Origin: an uncultured candidate division Zixibacteria bacterium
Lineage (GTDB): Bacteria > Zixibacteria > MSB-5A5 > UBA10806
DNA: 64,000 bases
Assembly: GCA_963817915.1 (NCBI GenBank)
Contig: CAWFQL010000011.1
Coordinates: 64,001-128,000, forward strand
Direction: 5' to 3'
Shown here: one piece after another, positions 60,472-64,000 of the stretch
Position numbering within the stretch: the stretch's first letter is position 1
How the letters are laid out: each line of letters begins with the position of its first letter
Position numbers and translations under genes: made by a program
Notes under the pieces: model-generated
Told to the model about the DNA's origin: nothing
Seen by the model: the letters and a program-made list of their open reading frames with translations, nothing else
Database searches by the model: none

Positions 60472-60515
60472 AATGTCCTAAAATGGGGTTTTTCCAGCCC
60501 CGGCATCGCAACCCC

Positions 60516-60583
60516 GTAGAGACATGCGACCGCATGTTTCTAAAGACCATAATTATCCATTCGCGCCGTAGAGCGTCTCTAAC
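60516..60583. repeat. Degenerate GTAG REP-like palindromes
   Basis: GTAGAGACATGCGACCGCATGTTTCTAA and relic GTAGAGCGTCTCTAA resemble the GTAGAGACGCA...TGCGTCTCTAC element of the array. Confidence 0.55.
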
Positions 60584-60681
60584 AAAATAATGTAGATTTC
60601 GAACAAATCCCAATCATATTCAATCTTGCCTTATCTACTCCTTAATCATATATTCATTAGCCGTTTATTAATGGGAGGAAT

Positions 60682-62427
60682 ATGGCTGACATTCATTTTG
60701 AGAATAAGAGCCTAGTTGATGTCCTGAAGCAAAGTCGAGATATTCATGATACCAAGGTATTCATGCGGTATTTTGTCGATGAAAAATGGTGCGAAATCAG
60801 CTATTCCGATTTCTACGAAAAAGCCAGAAATATCGCGCGGGGATTATTGGCATTGGGTTTTCGGAAAGGGGACAAATGCGCCCTGCTTTCCGAAAATCGC
60901 CCTGAATGGGGTGCGGCTTACTTCGGAACATTAATGGCCGGCGGAATAAATGTCCCTCAAGACGCTCTTCTGAAAATTACATCATGGAAGCATATTATAA
61001 GAGAATCCGGCGCCAGTGTTTTGTTTGTTTCTAAAAATTTCATTCACGAATTTGATTCCAACTCCGATGAATTGGACGGACTAAAATATATAGTCTGCAT
61101 GGACAAAATCGAAAAATCTGGCAAGGTGTTGGCATTAAGAGATTTGGAAGAGCGGGGAAAGGCAAATAATAGCGATTTGTCCTTGCCAAAGCAATCTGAT
61201 TTGGCTGCAATTATTTTCACATCGGGCACCACAGGCCAGGCCAAGGGGGTTATGCTCACCCATGAGAATATTGTAAGCGATATAGAAGGTGCGCTAAAGA
61301 GTTTCGATATCTTTGCGGCCGATAATTTTCTCTCAGTACTGCCAATTCATCATACGTTCGAATGTACTTGCGGTTTTATGATTCCAATGGCTGGCGGTTC
61401 TTCAATTACATACGCTCGGGGGCTGGCGTCAAAATTAATTCTTGAGGATATCAAAAACCACAAAGCCTCGATATTGTTGGGAGTGCCGCTCCTTTTCGAA
61501 AAGATGTATTCGGGCATTATGAAAGCAATTTCCAAGAAGCCGGCTTTGACTCGCTTGATATTCTCAGCCAGCCTTGAAGTAAGTAAGGCTGTAAATAGCT
61601 TACTGGGTGTTGAGGCAGGCAAATCCATTTTCAAAGGGCTTCGCGAAAAGGCTGGTCTATCCAGTCTCAGGCTCTTGATTGCCGGCGGTGCCCCGATGCC
61701 GCCTGAAGTATCCAGGGCATTCAATTTATTGGGATTTAAGTTTATACAAGGCTATGGATTAACAGAATCATCGCCTGTCCTAACTCTTAATCCGATCGAT
61801 AGAAGAAAGGATGCTTCTATCGGATTGCCAATTTATGGCGCGGAACTCAAGATTGTAGATGCCGACAGCCGAGGAATCGGACAGATTGTCGCAAAAGGCA
61901 GAATGGTTATGAAAGGCTACTACAATAAACAATCGGAAACGGATAAAATTATTAAAGATGGCTGGCTTTATACCGGCGATTCGGGATGGGTCGATGAGGA
62001 AGGATATTATTATATCGCGGGCAGATTGAAAAATGTGATTGTCACCCCGGCCGGTAAAAATGTTTATCCGGAAGAGATCGAATCTGAATTGAATAAATCG
62101 CCCTATATTCTGGAATCGTTGGTATTGGGGCGGAAGCTTGAGGGTACAAGAGGGGAAGACATCGAAGCTGTTGTCGTTCCCAATTATGAATATTTCGATG
62201 CCTTATCAGTTGAAAGCGATACCAAATTCGATACGGAGCAGATCGAAAAAATCATAAAAAGCGAAGTTGCCCGGCTCAGCTCGGGATTGGCTGAATTTAA
62301 AAAAGTTAAATATGTCAAGATCAGGCAGGAAGAATTCGAAAAAACCTCGACTCGGAAAATAAAACGATATCTCTTTACCGGTTCAGCGGAATTGGTAAAT
62401 CATAAATTAGAAAAGGGGCCTCAATGA
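60682..62427 (+). CDS. fadD: Long-chain fatty acid--CoA ligase
   Basis: FTSGTTGQAKGVMLTHEN, QGYGLTE, GWLYTGD, GRLKNVI..GKNVYPEEIE. Confidence 0.9.
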   Translation: MADIHFENKSLVDVLKQSRDIHDTKVFMRYFVDEKWCEISYSDFYEKARNIARGLLALGFRKGDKCALLSENRPEWGAAYFGTLMAGGINVPQDALLKITSWKHIIRESGASVLFVSKNFIHEFDSNSDELDGLKYIVCMDKIEKSGKVLALRDLEERGKANNSDLSLPKQSDLAAIIFTSGTTGQAKGVMLTHENIVSDIEGALKSFDIFAADNFLSVLPIHHTFECTCGFMIPMAGGSSITYARGLASKLILEDIKNHKASILLGVPLLFEKMYSGIMKAISKKPALTRLIFSASLEVSKAVNSLLGVEAGKSIFKGLREKAGLSSLRLLIAGGAPMPPEVSRAFNLLGFKFIQGYGLTESSPVLTLNPIDRRKDASIGLPIYGAELKIVDADSRGIGQIVAKGRMVMKGYYNKQSETDKIIKDGWLYTGDSGWVDEEGYYYIAGRLKNVIVTPAGKNVYPEEIESELNKSPYILESLVLGRKLEGTRGEDIEAVVVPNYEYFDALSVESDTKFDTEQIEKIIKSEVARLSSGLAEFKKVKYVKIRQEEFEKTSTRKIKRYLFTGSAELVNHKLEKGPQ

Positions 62428-63503
62428 TATATGGTGTAATTCTGGCAGGCGGCCGTGGAGAACGATTTTGGCCGATGTCTCGGTATGAAAACCCCAAACA
62501 GCTGCTTAAGCTGACATCCGATAAGACCATGCTGGAAGAGACTATCGACCGGCTGGATGGATTTATTCCACACGAAAGAATTCTGGTAGTGACGGGACAG
62601 TATCTTAAAGACAAAATTCTTCAGGCGGCGCCGATATTAAACGAGAAGAATCTCTTGCTCGAACCAGAGGGGCGAAATACCTGTCTTGCTATTGGCCTGG
62701 CTGCGATTCATATTAAAAAGATGGATCCAGATGGAGTCATGGTAATATTGTCATCGGATCACGCTATTACTCCCAAAGAAAAATTGATATCTCTTTTGAA
62801 ATCGGGCGCTGAAATTGCTCTGAAGAGTAATCAACTTGTGACAATCGGCGTTGTCCCCACGCGCGCCGAGACGGCATATGGTTATATCGAACTCGGCGAA
62901 CAATTTTCTCAGCATGCCGGGATCAGTTTCTTTCATGTTAAGCAATTCAAGGAAAAGCCAAGTCCGACACGTGCTCAGGAATATTATCTTGGCAGACAGC
63001 ATCTGTGGAATTCCGGAATGTTCGTCTGGCGGGCCGACGCGATTTTGGAGGCCATAGAAAAATTCGTCCCCGATATATATGGCTGTATCAATGTCTATAA
63101 AGATAAAATAGGCAAAGCTGATGAAGATGCCGCCAGAACGCGGTTATATAAAGATTGCGCGAACATTTCTATCGATTTCGCCGTATTGGAAAAATCCCCT
63201 AATGTCCTGACGACGAGGGGAGAGATTAAATGGGATGATGTTGGATCGTGGCTGGCGATAGAGAGAATTCATGACGGTGATAATCATAATAATGTAATTT
63301 TGGGCGACACTCTCCTCGAAGGCAGCTACGAGAATATCGTGGTCAATAATGCCGAGGGAGTGATCGTGGGATTGGGAGTTTCCGACTTAGTGATTGTGAG
63401 AACAGGTGAAATCGTGATGGTTGCCCACAAAACCAAGGTCGGAGAAATAAAGGAATTGCTGGCCAAAATATCCGGCAATGATAAATATGAAAAATATCTT
63501 TAG
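62424..63503 (+). CDS. manC: Mannose-1-phosphate guanylyltransferase
   Basis: ILAGGRGERFWPMSR..PKQ, EPEGRNT, SDH, FKEKP, WNSGMF, SIDFAVLEK, WDDVGSW. Confidence 0.93.
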   Translation: MIYGVILAGGRGERFWPMSRYENPKQLLKLTSDKTMLEETIDRLDGFIPHERILVVTGQYLKDKILQAAPILNEKNLLLEPEGRNTCLAIGLAAIHIKKMDPDGVMVILSSDHAITPKEKLISLLKSGAEIALKSNQLVTIGVVPTRAETAYGYIELGEQFSQHAGISFFHVKQFKEKPSPTRAQEYYLGRQHLWNSGMFVWRADAILEAIEKFVPDIYGCINVYKDKIGKADEDAARTRLYKDCANISIDFAVLEKSPNVLTTRGEIKWDDVGSWLAIERIHDGDNHNNVILGDTLLEGSYENIVVNNAEGVIVGLGVSDLVIVRTGEIVMVAHKTKVGEIKELLAKISGNDKYEKYL

Positions 63504-63969
63504 TAAATCTCTGGCGGGCGTCTCTATAATAATTATAGCATTTACCTGCACCAAAACCGTGGTCAAAAATAACTCCGGAGGAAATATCGACAGCCGAACC
63601 GCCAATGAAGCGCGATTCGACCCCATGGCGTTCGAAGGGGACAACAATATAATTACTTCCGACGTACCTCGAGCCAATGATTCATTGAAGATCAATGACG
63701 AAATAAAAATGCCCGAATTCTTATCGAATAGCAATAGCGCCGAGCAAGTTTTTTCAGTTCAGATATTTTCATCCAAATCGAATCTGGAAGCCGCTGAATT
63801 TTTTGAAAATGCCAAGACTATGCTTACTGACAGCGTCAGAGTCGATTACCAGCCGCCCTACTATAAAATACGAGTAGGCAGATGTGTTGGCCTGGATGAG
63901 GGGCAAGTCTATTTGGAAAAAATAAAAAATATGGGATTTCCCAAAGCCTGGCTCGTGAGAGCGCGATAA
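63487..63969 (+). CDS. SPOR-domain (peptidoglycan-binding) putative lipoprotein
   Basis: Signal with Cys; FSVQIFSS...PYYKIRVG...GFPKAWLV. Confidence 0.8.
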   Translation: MKNIFSKSLAGVSIIIIAFTCTKTVVKNNSGGNIDSRTANEARFDPMAFEGDNNIITSDVPRANDSLKINDEIKMPEFLSNSNSAEQVFSVQIFSSKSNLEAAEFFENAKTMLTDSVRVDYQPPYYKIRVGRCVGLDEGQVYLEKIKNMGFPKAWLVRAR

Positions 63970-64000
63970 TGTCCGAAATCGATATGAGGTAAGCTTGGTT

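Noticed and set aside
63969..64000. Start of a further CDS at the window end
   Set aside because: The ATG frame stops after 7 codons and too little sequence remains to judge

Overview
A 64-kb bacterial chromosome segment, probably from the FCB superphylum and possibly Zixibacteria-like. This is inferred from the rplM-rpsI-rpsB-tsf-pyrH-frr order, C-terminal YPNPFN/FlgD-Ig sorting domains and a dockerin-tailed protein. In order it carries: (1) a B12 acyl-CoA mutase/acyl-CoA dehydrogenase/carboxyltransferase cluster whose mutase has isobutyryl-CoA-mutase residues; (2) a 1.5-kb block of GTAG-type palindromic REP-like elements, including a 4 x ~318-bp tandem array; (3) an AT-rich 3-gene ParA-like/hypothetical/HEPN-like cassette, a candidate defence system; (4) translation and lipid genes; (5) xerD and a GGDEF gene flanked by more REP clusters; (6) an ECF sigma/anti-sigma pair and paired amidohydrolases; (7) a multi-GAF kinase cluster and an NtrC/PilR-type regulator; (8) a cohesin-dockerin-sorting-domain cluster next to secreted C45 and M4/M36 peptidases; (9) type IV pilus genes (minor pilins, pilMNO, AMIN-PilP fusion, pilQ); (10) TolB-like, FadD, ManC and SPOR genes. 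More than ten genes, including essential rpsI and uppS, carry short frameshifts that are most likely sequencing/assembly errors. No rRNA, tRNA, CRISPR array or transposase gene was recognised. All protein calls are from motif recognition by eye, not database searches.
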